Positions 1 to 16,289 of a stretch of 64,000 bases of DNA are shown here, piece after piece. The stretch lies in assembly GCF_009914755.1 (NCBI RefSeq), contig NC_060937.1. One strand, written 5' to 3'. Origin of the DNA: the human T2T-CHM13v2.0 reference genome, Homo sapiens. The position numbers and the translations under genes were made by a program. The notes beneath the pieces are model-generated. The model ran no database searches. It was given only the letters and a program-made list of their open reading frames with translations, and was not told where the DNA came from. Position 1 is the stretch's first letter; the number at the start of each line of letters is the position of its first letter.

Positions 1-2485
<2,485 letters not shown>

Positions 2486-3079
2486 TAATTGTGAGGTTTA
2501 TTTCATCAAACTGGTGAATTCATGTGTCAAATTTGCTCATGGTAGAATATGTGATTATATAGTCCATCTACAGCATTCCATTTTATGGAAACTTTTTAGG
2601 CAGACTTAACTGATTACATAAATCAATATGTAGTTTTCACAAGTTGAAGCCTTCTCCTTTTCTAAATAAATGTATTTTAAGGACCCTTACAGTTTATGTC
2701 AATATTTTATAGGCATTTTCTTCCTCATTACTATAGCGAAGATAAATTTTTAATTTTTAGGTTGATTATTTTCACATCTTTAATTTATCCTCAGGTTAAT
2801 GAATCTTCTTTGCCATTTTTAAAGCACAGACATCCAAGCTTATTGACAATTTCTCAGTAAGAGGAGGCCATGCAAGAAAGTCTTAATGTCAAATTTGCTT
2901 CTTCTGATTCAAAATGTCTTTCAAAAGAATATGTAATTCATCATGGAAAGAAAATATTGAACATACATTAAAAGCTTACACAGGAAAAGAATAATAAAAT
3001 GATTTAAATATTCAATTTTTATTTAGTGGAAATGTATTATTATGTCACTTTTTCACTATTTGCCCATCTTCTGATAAAT

Positions 3080-3500
3080 TATGTACCCTTCTCGGCCTTT
3101 CTATTGTGGAAAGCTGATCACTACATCTTAGTTTACCAGGGAGGGCTTCTTTGCTCTTCATTTTTCCCTTGGGTTCAGCAAGCAGAAAGCGTAGTAGAGT
3201 ATTAGAAGGCAGATGAAGAAACACGTTGGAGATGTATCCCCCTTTGCGTTGCCATCATTGTAGCAGTGATTGTTCTGTTGTTTCAACTGATGTCAGGTGA
3301 TCCGTTTTCCACGGAGCCAAGGTGTCTGGTAACACCACTTTTTTTTCTCTTTCAGGCTTATTGTGTGATGGGTCTTTACTGTGGCCAATACCAAAGTGTT
3401 TCATATTCCTTTGTGGTTCTTTAAACCTACCCACACTCTTTAAATCCTACATCCTTTAAAGTCCCTTTTTTGAGTGTGTGACAACTCTAATTGACATGCA
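3080..3500 (+). mobile_element. Old ERVL-class LTR relic (LTR16-like)
   Basis: Degraded resemblance to LTR16 motifs (cttgggttcagcaa...agaaggcagatgaag; cctacccacactcttt...tttgagtgtg). Recalled similarity only. Confidence 0.4.
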
Positions 3501-3844
3501 TTCTAAAGTAGTTATTTGAACAGTCTTATTGACAATAAAAGGAAACTATTGAAAGTCATATAATTTTAGCCTGCATTTTTCCCTTAATGTAAGGATAAGT
3601 GTGATTCACATGCCTTATTTTTTATTGTTCTATTCTTTATTCTTTTAGGCTATTTTAATTAAGAAAGAACAAAATTTTAGGGTATTTTTACTTCTGGAGT
3701 AAAAATAAAAATCTTTTCATTTGTACTTTTACAAATGTAGTCTTTAGAAATCAGAAAAAAATCAGACACTTGTACATACATGTTTATAGCAACACAATAT
3801 GTCCACAGGTATGAGGACAATATGAAAACTTATTTTTATACAGG

Positions 3845-4207
3845 TGATATGGTTTGGGTCTGTATCCCCACCCAAATCTCATCTCAAACTGTAATCCCCA
3901 TGTGTTGAGGGAGGGACGTGTAATCCCTGTGTGTGGAGAGAGGGGAGGTTGTCCCCATGCTGTTCTCGTGATAGTGAGTGAGTTCTCATGAGATCTGATA
4001 GTTTTATAAGTGTTTGACAGTTCCTCCTTCATATGCTCTCTTGCCTGCCATCATGTAAGACGTGCCTGCTTCACCTTCTGCCATGATTGTAAGTTTCCTG
4101 AGGCCTCAAAGCCATGCGGAACTGTGAGTTAATTAAACCTCTTTCCTTTATAAATTACCCAGTCTCAGGGTAGTATCTTTATAACAGTGTGAGAACAGAC
4201 TAATACA
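3845..4207 (+). mobile_element. MaLR solo LTR (MSTA/THE1D-like)
   Basis: Starts tgatatggtttgggtctgtatccccacccaaatctcatc and ends gagaacagactaataca. The 5-bp flanks acagg/acaag are a 4/5 TSD match. Confidence 0.9.
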
Positions 4208-4359
4208 ACAAGTTAACTAGTGCCAAAAGACTAAAACTTGATAATTTGCAATTAGTATAATTTAGTTCTAAATAGCTGAGATTTTTCACATATTCCTTAC
4301 TCTGCCCACAGGAAATGACCAAATTAAACTATTATTTATAATTTCTAAGAAATTATAAA

Positions 4360-4518
4360 TTTTTGATCATTGTTGATTTACAGTCTGTTTTTTCCTGAAA
4401 TTAGAATGACAACCATGGCTTTTTTCTGCTTTTTATGTGTTTGGTACATTTTTCTCCATTCCTTTACTTTGAGCCCATGGGTGTCATGGCATGTAAGATG
4501 GGTCTTTTGAAGACAGCC
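4360..4518 (-). mobile_element. Inverted L1 ORF2 endonuclease-region fragment joined to the downstream L1PA16-like element
   Basis: The reverse complement reads gctgtcttcaaaagacccatcttacatgccatgacacccatgggctcaaagtaaaggaatggagaaa, i.e. the EN segment around QETH...RLKVKGW. Confidence 0.85.
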
Positions 4519-5820
4519 ATCCTACGGCCATGTAATCTTCAACAAAGCTGATAAAAACAAGAAATGGGAAAGGACTACCTATTCAATAAATAGTGCAGGG
4601 ATAACTGGCTATTCATATGGAGAAGAGTGAAACTTGACCCCTTCCTTTTACTGTATATAAAAATCAATTCAAGGTGGATTAAAAACCTAAAACTATAAAA
4701 CTACTTGAAGAAAACATAGAGGATATCATTTCAGACATAGGCCCTGGCAAAGATTTCATGATGAAGGTGCCAAAAGCAATTGCAACGAAAACAAAAATTG
4801 ACAAGTGGGAGCAAATTAACTACAAGCTTCTGTACAGCAAAATAAAGTATCAACAGAGTAAAGAGAAATCCCACAGAATGGGAGAAAATATTTACAAACA
4901 ATGTATCTGACAAATGTCTAATATCCACAATCTATAAGTAACTTAAACAAATTTACAAGAAAAAAACAAACAACCCCATTATAAAGTGGGCAAAGGACAT
5001 GAACACACACTTCTCAAAATAAAAAAAAAAAACATAAGCAGCCAACATACATACAAAAAAAAATGCTCATCATCACTAATCATTAGATAAATGCAAATAC
5101 AAACATATTTAGATAACATTTCACACCAGTCAGAATGACTACTATTAAAGAGTCAAAAAATAATAGATGCTGGTGAAGCAGTGGAGAAAAGAGAATGCTT
5201 ATACACTGCTGGTGGAAGTGTAAGTTAGTTCAGCCCTTGTGGAAAGCAGTTTGGATTTCTCAGAGAACTTAAAACAGAACTACCATTTGACTACAGCATT
5301 CCCATTATTAGGTATATACTAAAGGAATATAAATCATGCTATCATAAGACACATGCACACATATGTTCAATGCAGGACTACTCACAGTATCAAAGACATG
5401 GGATCAACCTAGATGCCTATTGATGGTAGACTGGATAAAGAAAATATGTCACATATACACCAAAAAATACTATATAGCCGTATAAAAGTATGAGACTATC
5501 CTTTGAAGCAACATTGCTGTAGCAAGAGGCCATTATTCTAAGCAAGCTAATGAAGAAACAGAAATCAAATAACACATGTTGTCACTTATAAGTTGGAGCT
5601 AAGCATTGAGTACACATAGATACAAAGAAGAGAACAATAGACACAGGGCCTACTTGAGGATGGAGGATGGGAGGAGGGTGAGGATAAAAAAACTGCCTAT
5701 CAAGTACTATGCTATTTACCTGGGTGACAGGTACAACAATCCCTTGCAACATGCAAGTTACCTATTTAACAAACCTGCACATGTGCTCCTGAAATTAAAG
5801 CTTAATAAAAAAAGAAAAAT
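4519..5820 (+). mobile_element. L1PA15/16-like 3' fragment (distal ORF2, 3'UTR, A tail)
   Basis: Degenerate distal ORF2, followed by a 3'UTR gggcctacttgaggatggaggatgggaggagggtgagg...aacaaacctgcacatg and an A tail. Confidence 0.88.
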
Positions 5821-5972
5821 TTTAACCATAATAGAGTTTATCCAAACAGTTTAAGATTGTTTCAATATTAGTAAATCCATTACTATTATTCAACAGCATA
5901 ATAGTAGATCCACAACAAGAAATTTTTAAAATTACAATGTGATACCACTTCACATCCTTTAGAATGGCACAG

Positions 5973-6092
5973 TAAGAAAGAAGAAAAAGAAAGAAAGAGA
6001 GAGAGAAAGAAAGAGAAAGGAAAGAAAGAAAGAAAGAAAGAGAAAGGAAAGGAAGCAAAAGAAAAAAAGAGAAGAAAGGAAAGAAAATAAGA
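5973..6092 (+). repeat. Purine-rich (GAAA/GA)n low-complexity microsatellite
   Basis: Seen directly: aagaaagaagaaaaagaaagaaagagagagagaaagaaag... Confidence 0.95.
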
Positions 6093-6370
6093 AATTGTTA
6101 AGGATGTGGAGATGTTACAACTTTTCTTATTGCTGGCAAAATGTAAAATAGTGCAGTCACTGGGCAAAATTGTAGTGATTTCTCTAAAAATTAACATACA
6201 ATTATTGCATGACCCAGTAGTTCCACTAGCAGATATATGCTCAAGAGGAACGAAAATAGGGACTCAAAGAGGTATTTGTATACCAATGTTCATGGCAGCA
6301 TTTTTCACAATAGCCAAAAGATGGAAACAACCAAAATTGTTATCAATAGATCAATGGATAAGAAAAAGTA

Positions 6371-6407
<37 letters not shown>

Positions 6408-6572
6408 CACAATGAAATATTATTCATCTTTAAAAAACAGAAGGAAATTCTGGCACATACTATAGCATATGATAAACCTTGAAAAGATTATAATAACAGT
6501 AGACAAAAAATGAGAAATATTGTATGATTCCACTTATACACTTTTAGGTGGCATATAGAATAGTCAAATTCA

Positions 6573-6870
<298 letters not shown>

Positions 6871-7197
6871 GTCAAATTCATACACACAGGAAGTAGAATG
6901 GTTATTACCAGGGATTTGCTAAAGGAAGAAATGGGAAGTTAGTGTATCATGGGTACAGAATTTCAGCTGGGAAAGATAAAAAATTTCTGAATATAGATGG
7001 TAGTGGTTATTATTTAATATGCATGTACTTAGTGTCACTGAATCGTAAATGTAAACATAAAGTAGTAAATTTTATTTTATGTATATTTTACCATAATAAA
7101 AATCAGTGAAAGAGAAAGACACCTTATGATTATTTTCATAGATACAGAATAAAAGACATGAAGAAAATTCAATACACATTTGTTGATAAAAGAACTC

Positions 7198-7494
7198 GAC
7201 ACCATCATTCTCAGCAAACTATCACAAGGACAAAAAACCAAACACCGCATGTTCTTACTTATTGGTGGGAATTGAACAATGAGAATACATGGACACAGGA
7301 AGAGGAATATCACACACCAGGACCTGTTGTGGGGTTGGGGGAGGGGTGAGGGATAGCATTAGGAGATATACCTAATGCTAAATGACGAGTTAATGGGTGC
7401 AGCACACCAACATGGCACATGTATACATATGTAACCTGCATGTTGTGCACATGTACCTTAAAACTTAAAGTATAATAATAATAAAATTTTTAAA
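7198..7494 (+). mobile_element. 5'-truncated L1PA4/5-like 3' end (~300 bp)
   Basis: ORF2 end followed by a 3'UTR (gctaaatgacgagttaatgggtgcagcacaccaac). TSD aaaagaactc at 7188-7197 and 7495-7504. Confidence 0.92.
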
Positions 7495-8034
7495 AAAAGA
7501 ACTCACAGAATAGGATGTTTTAAAAGGATAAAACATATTCCTAAAGCCTGCATTTTGATTTTAATGGAAACATAAGTGATACTGCCACTATGATTAGGGA
7601 AAAAATAAGGATATTCCTTATTTTTATTGTAACTAGAATTGTACTAAATATATTAGTCAATGCAACTAGGCAAAAGGAGTCAAAGACAGTTTGAAGAATA
7701 AGAAAAGAAGAAATAACATTCACTATTTTCCTATATCATGATAATGTAACTATCATAGAGAACTAATCATATATTTAATTCGAGTAATAATTTGAAGAGG
7801 TAGAAGGTCGAAAATTAACATACAGAAATCAACAACCTTCACATAAACACACAGTAACCTGTGAGAAGATATTATAGCTTAAAATATTTATTTATAATAG
7901 CCAGTAGGATAATAAAATACCTAGAAATAAGCCTAATAGTAATGGACAACACATCTATGAAGGAATATATAAAAATACCAAAAGAAATACAAAATATTTG
8001 TCTGGAGTGAGTAAAAAGCCATTTCTAATTCTTG

Positions 8035-8436
8035 GATAGGAGAAACATATAAAGGGGAGTTTATTAAGTGTTAACTTACATGATCACAAGGTCCCACAAT
8101 AGCCTGTCTGCAGGCTGCGGGGCAAGGAGAGCCAGTCCGAGTCCCAGAACTGAAGAACTTGGAGTTGGGTGTTCAAAGGAAGGAAGCATCCAGAATGGGA
8201 GAAAGATATAGGCTGGGAAGCTAGGCCAGTCTCTCTCCTTTTCACATTTTTCTGCCTGCTTTATGTTGGCTGGCAGCAGGTTAGATTGTGCCCACCAGAT
8301 TAAGGGTGGATCTACCTTCCCCAGCCCACTGGCTCAAATGTTAATCTCTTTTGGCAATGCCCTCACAGACACACCCAGGATCAATATTTTGTATCTTTCC
8401 ATCCAATCAAGTTGACATTCAGTATTAACGATCACA
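8035..8436 (-). mobile_element. MLT2A (HERV-L) LTR
   Basis: Contains aaaggggagtttattaag...caaggtcccacaatag...ccaatcaagttgacattcagtattaacgatcaca, whose end is the reverse complement of the MLT2A start. Confidence 0.88.
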
Positions 8437-8796
8437 GAGAGGTTAGTAATGAACAAGAAATTAAACATATTATACAGCATCTGCTTAAAATTGCATTGTC
8501 TCAGGAAAGATAGAACTAATTTAGGATTAATATTCACAAACATATAATAACTGTTACAGTTGAGGGAAAACAAAAATACAAAATATAAATAAGCGAATAC
8601 ACGAAGAGGCAATTCACAAAATTAAAAAAATGAAAACCTGATATACCATTTTGCCTTACTCTATGACTAAACAATTAAAAGCTTGACTGAAAAAATAAGG
8701 ACTATCTTGGTGAAGCTGTGGGGAAACAGGCACTCTCACCCTGCTATGATTATTACTTACTACATCACTTAATGAGGGAAACTTGACAATATCTAA

Positions 8797-9103
<307 letters not shown>

Positions 9104-11444
9104 AAAAAATACAAATTTTTACCTCTGATCCCGCAATTCCACTTCTAGGAAATGACCGAAAATGTAAGTCTAATATCACATTAACTTATATGCAGTGGTT
9201 ATTCATTGGAGCATTGTTTATAGCTATATAGCATTAGGGAAAAAAACCTATCTTCCATTAATAATTAACTGATTGAATAAACCATGCTACTTGAAAACAA
9301 TGAAGTCCATTGTAGTTGTAAATCATCATTGACAACAATCTCTATAAGCCCATATAAAGTTTTATCTAGAATACACTGCTAATTGAAAATAGTAAATTCA
9401 AAAATATTTATAGTAGAGTACAGTTAGTGTAAGAAAAATATAATAAGAACATATAAATATATCTCATTATTTTTATTAAAAATGCAAAAATAATAATGCA
9501 AAATATTATGAGAATGGGAACCTACAGAGAGTGGATGGAAATGGGGGGAAAGGATGGGGGGGGTGAATAGAGTTTAGTTTTGTTTAGTTTTAATTTTCGT
9601 AAGCATGTTTATGTTTTACATAAAATATAAATCAACAATGAAAAATAAAACAAATTACAAACAAAACAATTGAATTGATGTCTATTCCGTGTTTATAATA
9701 TGGTCACACTAAAGGGAGAAAATGTTAACCCAAATAAATTCAAACACAGTATATACCCTAAAGTTTAAAATAAAAAAAGAAAAACTATAAACTAATATTG
9801 CCCTCTATTCTATTTCATGATATGTTTTTTTCTCCCAAAGATATGTTTCAGAAATTTCAGAATAAATGTATAATTTTCTATGATTTAGCAAACAAGTAGC
9901 CAAGTAGACATTTTTAGTTTAATGGGTGCCAGATTTGTCACAGTTGGAGGACAAAGTTACTAATATGGAAAGGTGGAAAGAAAGAATGTCTTCTATCATG
10001 TTGAACTGAAATCAGAGGTATCGATATGAACTTATAGTAGATGGAAAGGTAGGTAGGTGGGTGGATGGATAGAGATGAGAGGGAAACATACATCTCTCAC
10101 GCATAGCACATGTGTATATGTAAATATCTGTAGAGCTTACACATGACAACCAATGGCAGTAAACACACCTAGCACAAATATATTAGTGTCTGAGTAATAT
10201 TTTTCTCCATGCTTTTTGGAATAATGGCTAATTCTAGAACTAGAAGAGGAAAACTCTTGGATGTTCATGGAATATTTTGTTATACTAGAGAATAAGGAAG
10301 TTTTTAAGCATGAACGGGGCGTGTTGAAGGTCACAAGAATCAGCCTGAAGGTACACATACTGACCAAACATGGTATAATGAAATCTTCAAAATAAATAAT
10401 AACAATGGAATGTAATCCACTAAATAAAATAGGTAACCCTGAGTCCATCATGGTATCAATAAATTTAAGAATAAACCAATAAAGTAATAGTAAGGAAAAG
10501 TTTTTTAAAAAATATTGAGACAGCAATAATAAATGCTGAAGAAATCATAGTGTTAGTAAAACAATATTTGTCAACCATAATGATAATTATAAAATAATTA
10601 TCCATTTGTTGCTAAAAGCAGCAATGGATGCTAAATCTAACCAGTGCAAGTTTGATGAGAAACAGAATATTTGTTTTAAGGTGATTCTTTTCAATATGTT
10701 GTTTAGTTAAAAAGTAAATAATCATAAAATTAAAGTGGGGGAAAAAACTTTACAGTCAACATCTTCATCCAGTGGCCAAAGTAAAGATACCAATAAAGGG
10801 AATGGCAGGCATCTCGTGCCTCCTGACATGAAGCACATAGAAGGGCACAACACCACCTTTGTGGTACTTTTGCTGAAAATGAATAGCTTGAATCTCATCA
10901 CAAGGAAAAAATGGACTAGCCTAAATATGAAACTCTACAAAATAAAGATCCTGAACTCTTTAAAAATGCAAGGGACTGAAAAACAACAGCAACAAAAAGG
11001 TTGAGAAATTGTTTCAGATTAAAGGAAAATAAAGGGTCACAGTAATTAGCTATAATGTGTGGTTATGATCCAGGCAATGGATCAGGATGACAGTGTGGAG
11101 ACTAAACAGCATTACTGAGACAATGAGAAATTTGAATATGGACTCTGATTAAGATAATAGTACTATATTAATACTAGATGTTATGGCTTAGGTTCTACTG
11201 TAGTTTTTTTTTTTATTATTTTTTGGATATGTACTTTGAAATAATGAAATAAAATTCCAAAAATTTGTTTATTCTGGGTAAAATGTAGTGAAATGTAATG
11301 AAAAGATTGGGAACAATTGTGGCAACATGGATCTATTAGACTATTCTTGCTAATTTTGATATTATTTTATTTATTTTTGTTTCTCCTTAATGACTGTGTG
11401 TTTTATTTATTTTTATTATTTTTTAACTGGGTGTCTGGTATTCT

Positions 11445-12760
11445 TTTTTAAAAAACTTTTAGGTTCAGGAGTACATGTGATGGTTTGTTATATAGGTAAA
11501 TTGTGTATAATGGGAGTTTGGTGTACATAATATTTCATCATCCAGATAATAAGCATAGTACTCAATAGGTAGTTTTTCAATCTTCATTCTCCTCTCATGC
11601 TCCACCCTCAAGTAGGGCCTCGTCTCTGTTGTTTGTTCTTTGTGTCCATATGTACTCAATATTTAGCTCCCACTTATAAATGAAAACATGCAGTATTTAG
11701 CTTTCTGTTCCTGTGCTAATTTGCTTAGGAGAGTGGCTTCCAGCTTCATCTATGTTGCTGCAAGGACATGATCTCATTCTTTTTTTGTGGCTGCATAGTA
11801 TTCCATAGTGTATATGTACCACATTTTCTTTATCCAGTTTACAGTTAATGGGCATTTAGGTTGACTCCATGTCTTTGCTATTGTGACTAATTCTCCAACA
11901 AACATTTGTTGCACGTGCCTTTATGGTAAAATAATTTATATTCCTTTGAGTATATAGCCAATAATGAAATTGCTGGGTCAAATGGTAATTCTGGCTTAAG
12001 TTCTGTGTGAAGTCACCAAGCTGCTTTCCACAATGGCTGAACTAATTTGCATTCCCACCAACAGTGCATAAGTGTTGCTTTTTCTCTACAACCTTGCCAG
12101 CATCTGTTAGTTTTTGACTTTTTAATAATAACAGCCATTCTGAGTGATATGAGATATCTCATTGTGGTTTTCATTTGCATTTCTCTAATGATTAGTGATG
12201 TTGAGCATTTTTTCATATTCCTCTTTGTGACGTGTATGTCTTCATTTGAGAAATGTCTGTTCATGTTCTTTGTCTGCTTTTTTATGGGGTTGTTTGTTTC
12301 TTTGTAAATTTGTTTAAGTTTCTTATATATTCTGGATATTAGACACTTGTCAGATGCATAGTTTGCAAATATTTTCTTACATTTTTGTAGGTTGTCTGTT
12401 TGCTCTGCTGTTAGTTTCTTTTGCTGTGCAGAAGCTCTTTAGTTATTAGGTCCCATTTGCTATTTTTCATTTTTGTTGCAATTGCTTCTGGCATGTTTGT
12501 TATGAAGTCTTTCCTATGTCTGGAATGGTGTTTCCTAGGTTATCTTTTATAAAATCAACAAAAACAAGCAATGGGAAAAGGAATCCCTTTTCAATTAATT
12601 TTGCTGGGATAACTGGGTAGCCATATGCCGAAGATTGAAACTAGACCCCTTTCTTACACCATATACAAAAATTAACTCAAAATGGATTAAATACATACAT
12701 GTAAAGCCAAAAATTTTACAGAACCGTGGAAGGTAACCTAGGAAATACCATTCATAGGAG
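11445..12760 (-). mobile_element. L1PA16-like element with an inverted 5' segment (minus strand 11445-~12548, plus strand ~12549-12760)
   Basis: Antisense 3'UTR and ORF2 (ORF 12013-12264, MNRHFS...[13 protein letters not shown]). The strand then switches to sense ORF2 at aaatcaacaaaaacaagcaatggg. Confidence 0.88.
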
Positions 12761-13704
12761 TATGAGTTTTATTTCTTTAGAATTTGGCTGTATCGACTGA
12801 AAGAAGTAGGACAGTGCTGTAGAAGAAATTTAGGATTCAAACAGGTATGACACAACAGAGTTATACATAATTTTAAAATGAAGACACGACATATTGAGGT
12901 TATAAACGGAATGAAAGATGATGGTTTCACCTAATAGCATATATAATGACTCTTGACTCAAAACTAACGGTTTGTTGCAACATAATTTTCCCTGATACAA
13001 TTAAGTATCACTTTGCACTATGTTCAGAAAGCTTTCAGAAATGCCTCAAGCACTCCATGATTAAATTAAATATATACTCAAAATTCTATTTTAAGATATT
13101 AATATAGTACTCTTATGAGGAAAACAGAAAAGTAAAAATTCACCAATAATGAAAAAAATATGTAATTTTGAACTTGCAGTAATAATAAACACTAAAGTGT
13201 AACTATTACTTTGGATGCTATTAGATCCCAGAAAACAGCCTCCCCAGGAAAAACAGCAGGGATATCAGCCTAATCTCAAGAAGTTAAATTTATGTTAATC
13301 CTCTAACTGTGTACAATAATTACTTAGTTGACAAAATTTTATTTCCTAATGAAATGTTGTAAAAAGAAATTGGCTTTGTAAAGTCAAGTTCTTAATTACA
13401 GAGATTCACAAATGCATTATTTATACGAGTACCAGTAGACTATGTTACTAATGTAAGTAACCTATGAGCTTTTTCCTTAATAGACATAGAATTAAATATT
13501 TCTCTTTTGAGGACTTGAACTAATTACTTTAAATCTCTAATTTTCTCCTCAAACAAATAGGATTAAGAGTATTAATGCATAATTAGCAATGTCATAGTAC
13601 GTGTTATACATATATTCAGGGTTTTATACACAGCAATTCATCCTATGTAATAGCCTTCCATACTATATAAAATTGCGTATAGTATCGGACCCTATATACA
13701 CTAT

Positions 13705-14227
13705 GCACAGATGTATTTTTCCTTCTTCACAATTTCAAAGATAGAATATTTGTTCTTACTGTAGATTTTAGCAACCTTACCATACAATTATTTTTATTCC
13801 TTATTAAGTCAAGAACCTTTATCTTTCCACTTAAAGAAAGCACTTCATGGCTTCTATTTGGCACATCCAAATTGCCGACATACTACCCTTGCACTCTGGG
13901 GCCACTATTAAGTAAAATAAGGCATACTTGAACACAAGCACTAAGATAATGTGACAGTGAAACTGATCACAGAGAGACGGCTGCTAAGTGACTAACAAGT
14001 GAGGAGTGGGTAGAGTGTGGATCTCCTAGACAAAGGGATGATTCACATCCCAGATACGATAGAACAGGAAGGTACAAGATTTCCTCACACTACTCAGAAT
14101 GGCCTGCAATTTGAAACTTCTGAATATTTTATTTCTGGAATTTTATATTTAATATTGTCAGACCACGTTTGACCTTGGGTAACTGAAATTGTGGAAAATG
14201 AAACCATGGGTAAGGGGGCTACTCTAT
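13705..14227 (+). mobile_element. MER44B/C-like (Tigger7-derived) DNA transposon fragment
   Basis: Contains ggggccactattaagtaaaataagg and caaagggatgattcacatccc. Ends in the TIR-like gggtaactgaaattgtggaaaatgaaaccatgggtaagggggctact. Confidence 0.8.
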
Positions 14228-14247
14228 TCATTTTCACTTTTTCTAGT

Positions 14248-14479
14248 AATTATTCCTTATCCAAAATGCTTGGGACCAAAAGTCTTTCCAATTTTGAATA
14301 TTTTTGGATTTCTTAATATTTGCATTATATTTGCCATTTGAGCATCCTTAATCCAAACATCTGAAATCCAAAATGTTCCAATGACCATTTCCTTTGAGCA
14401 TCATATCAGAACTCAAAAAGTTTCAGATTTTGTAGCTTTTTAGATTTCAGATGTTCAGATTAGAGATACTCAACCTGTA
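14248..14479. mobile_element. Tigger4a/MER46A (Zombi) MITE
   Basis: Reads ccttatccaaaatgcttgggacc...tcagattagagatactcaacctg followed by TA. Confidence 0.85.
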
Positions 14480-16289
14480 TTTCCCATTATTGTATTTCAT
14501 TCTGTTTGTATTATTACATGGAATAAATTTAAGTGGTAATATAAACTTGAAAAGAGAATGACTCTTTTACCTTTAATCATTCCAGGTAGATGGCCTGGAT
14601 ATTTTAATGTTTCTAATGTATTTTTTTAAGTATACTGGGTTAAGATTTGTATAGAATTATTTATGTATCTGGTATATCCTTTGTCATTAGGAGGTTCAGA
14701 GCATCAGCTGAAAAAGGTTTAAATTAAAAACAATAGCAACAAAAAGAAACAAGTAATTTTAAATTTTAAGTGTAGTCATTTCATTTCAGTAAGTTCTATT
14801 TTATTTATTTCAGATGATACTATGATTAAATAATTTATAAACCAATTTTATCCCTGATCTATTTTCTAAAATATTTTCACCTCTTGAAGTCTCAACTGAA
14901 TACAGATTTTTGTTCTATGTTATATTGGTTTGATAAAAATTCAAAAAGTATTGATGATGTACATTGCTTAATCTTAAGAAAAGCTATTTTAAGAACAAAG
15001 ATGTGTTAGTGAGCATAATGACTAAAAAATTGAAATTTAGTCATGTAGAAGTAAGGAAGTAAAGATTAACCCCAATGAAGAAATAAAAACATGTCCAGTG
15101 ATTCAACAAACCACCAATAATTGAAACGAATAAAGCCAGCTGAAAGGCTAACAGAAAATTATATTTTTCCTGGGCTGTGCTGCAGCTGTGAAGTACCATA
15201 AAAAATGCTGTTTTTTGAGGGAGACTGTTGCTTTATTTCTCAATGAAAATATTTGTTTTCTAAACTCATAGATTATTACAATCTTTGTTATTTGATATTG
15301 TATTGGTAAAATGTATATCATTATTACCTGCAGGATCTAAGTCAGCTTGACACAGAGAGACATCTCAATTTAAAGCCCTGATGAAGAGATTTGGATAAAT
15401 GATTTCTGGACATGGAGTTCCACATTTACCTTAATTTTGTAGTTTCCAAAGAAAGAGCACTTTGGGTTCAATTTGCATCTAGAGCCAATGTTGACTTTGT
15501 TACACACAAGCCTGCTTTGTCTATTTTATTTTAGAACTGAATAATGATAAACGAAGCTTCCTATAGTACATCTTTGCTGATAGTTTAAAAAGTCCTCTTA
15601 ATTTTGTAAGGTGGCCTGACAGAACATGAGCAACATATAAAAGAATGTTGCCCAACAAAATGTTGCCCCCAAATTGGGCAACACAAAAAGCAGCAGTAAT
15701 CGTAGATGTCCTGCTCTCACTTATTTCACCAATTAATGGCATTTGATAGTTGCCATACAGTTAAACATGCTACATGCCTCATGTTTCTCTGTTTCATAGT
15801 TTCCAGTAAATAAATACGACCAGGCCTGAGGATTTACAAATTTTGATTTGGTGTGGCAGAATCAAAGTTTATATGAGGAACATACGAGAGGGTGCTCAGA
15901 ATGTAACTTTGTGGAGGGCTTGGAGAGGAGATACTGATTTCTATATTAATAGGGCTTAATGGAGAAGACACATATATTGAGTAAGGCAAAGAGGCAAATA
16001 GGAAGTGAGTTGAAAGACATTCAGAAGAAAAATGCAGAGGGAATAAACAAAGAACAGAACCTATGACACTTAGGTTTATTCCCATTTTGAACAACACAGG
16101 GCATGTAAAAACTCAAATATGATTGATTGATTGTAGATACTAAAAATTGCAAAATATATTGAAATTTTTAAGTTAAACTTTCAAATGCAATTTCTTTGTA
16201 TTATGCATGTACTTTGAAAAGTTGTTAAAAAATTAAGCATGATATGTTTTAAAGAAACAAAAATAAGAGCTCTTCTATCCTAGGTTTGG

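Noticed and set aside
5822-6197. Hydrophobic Phe/Leu/Ser-rich ORFs suggesting membrane proteins
   Set aside because: They are translations of the (GAAA)n low-complexity tract.
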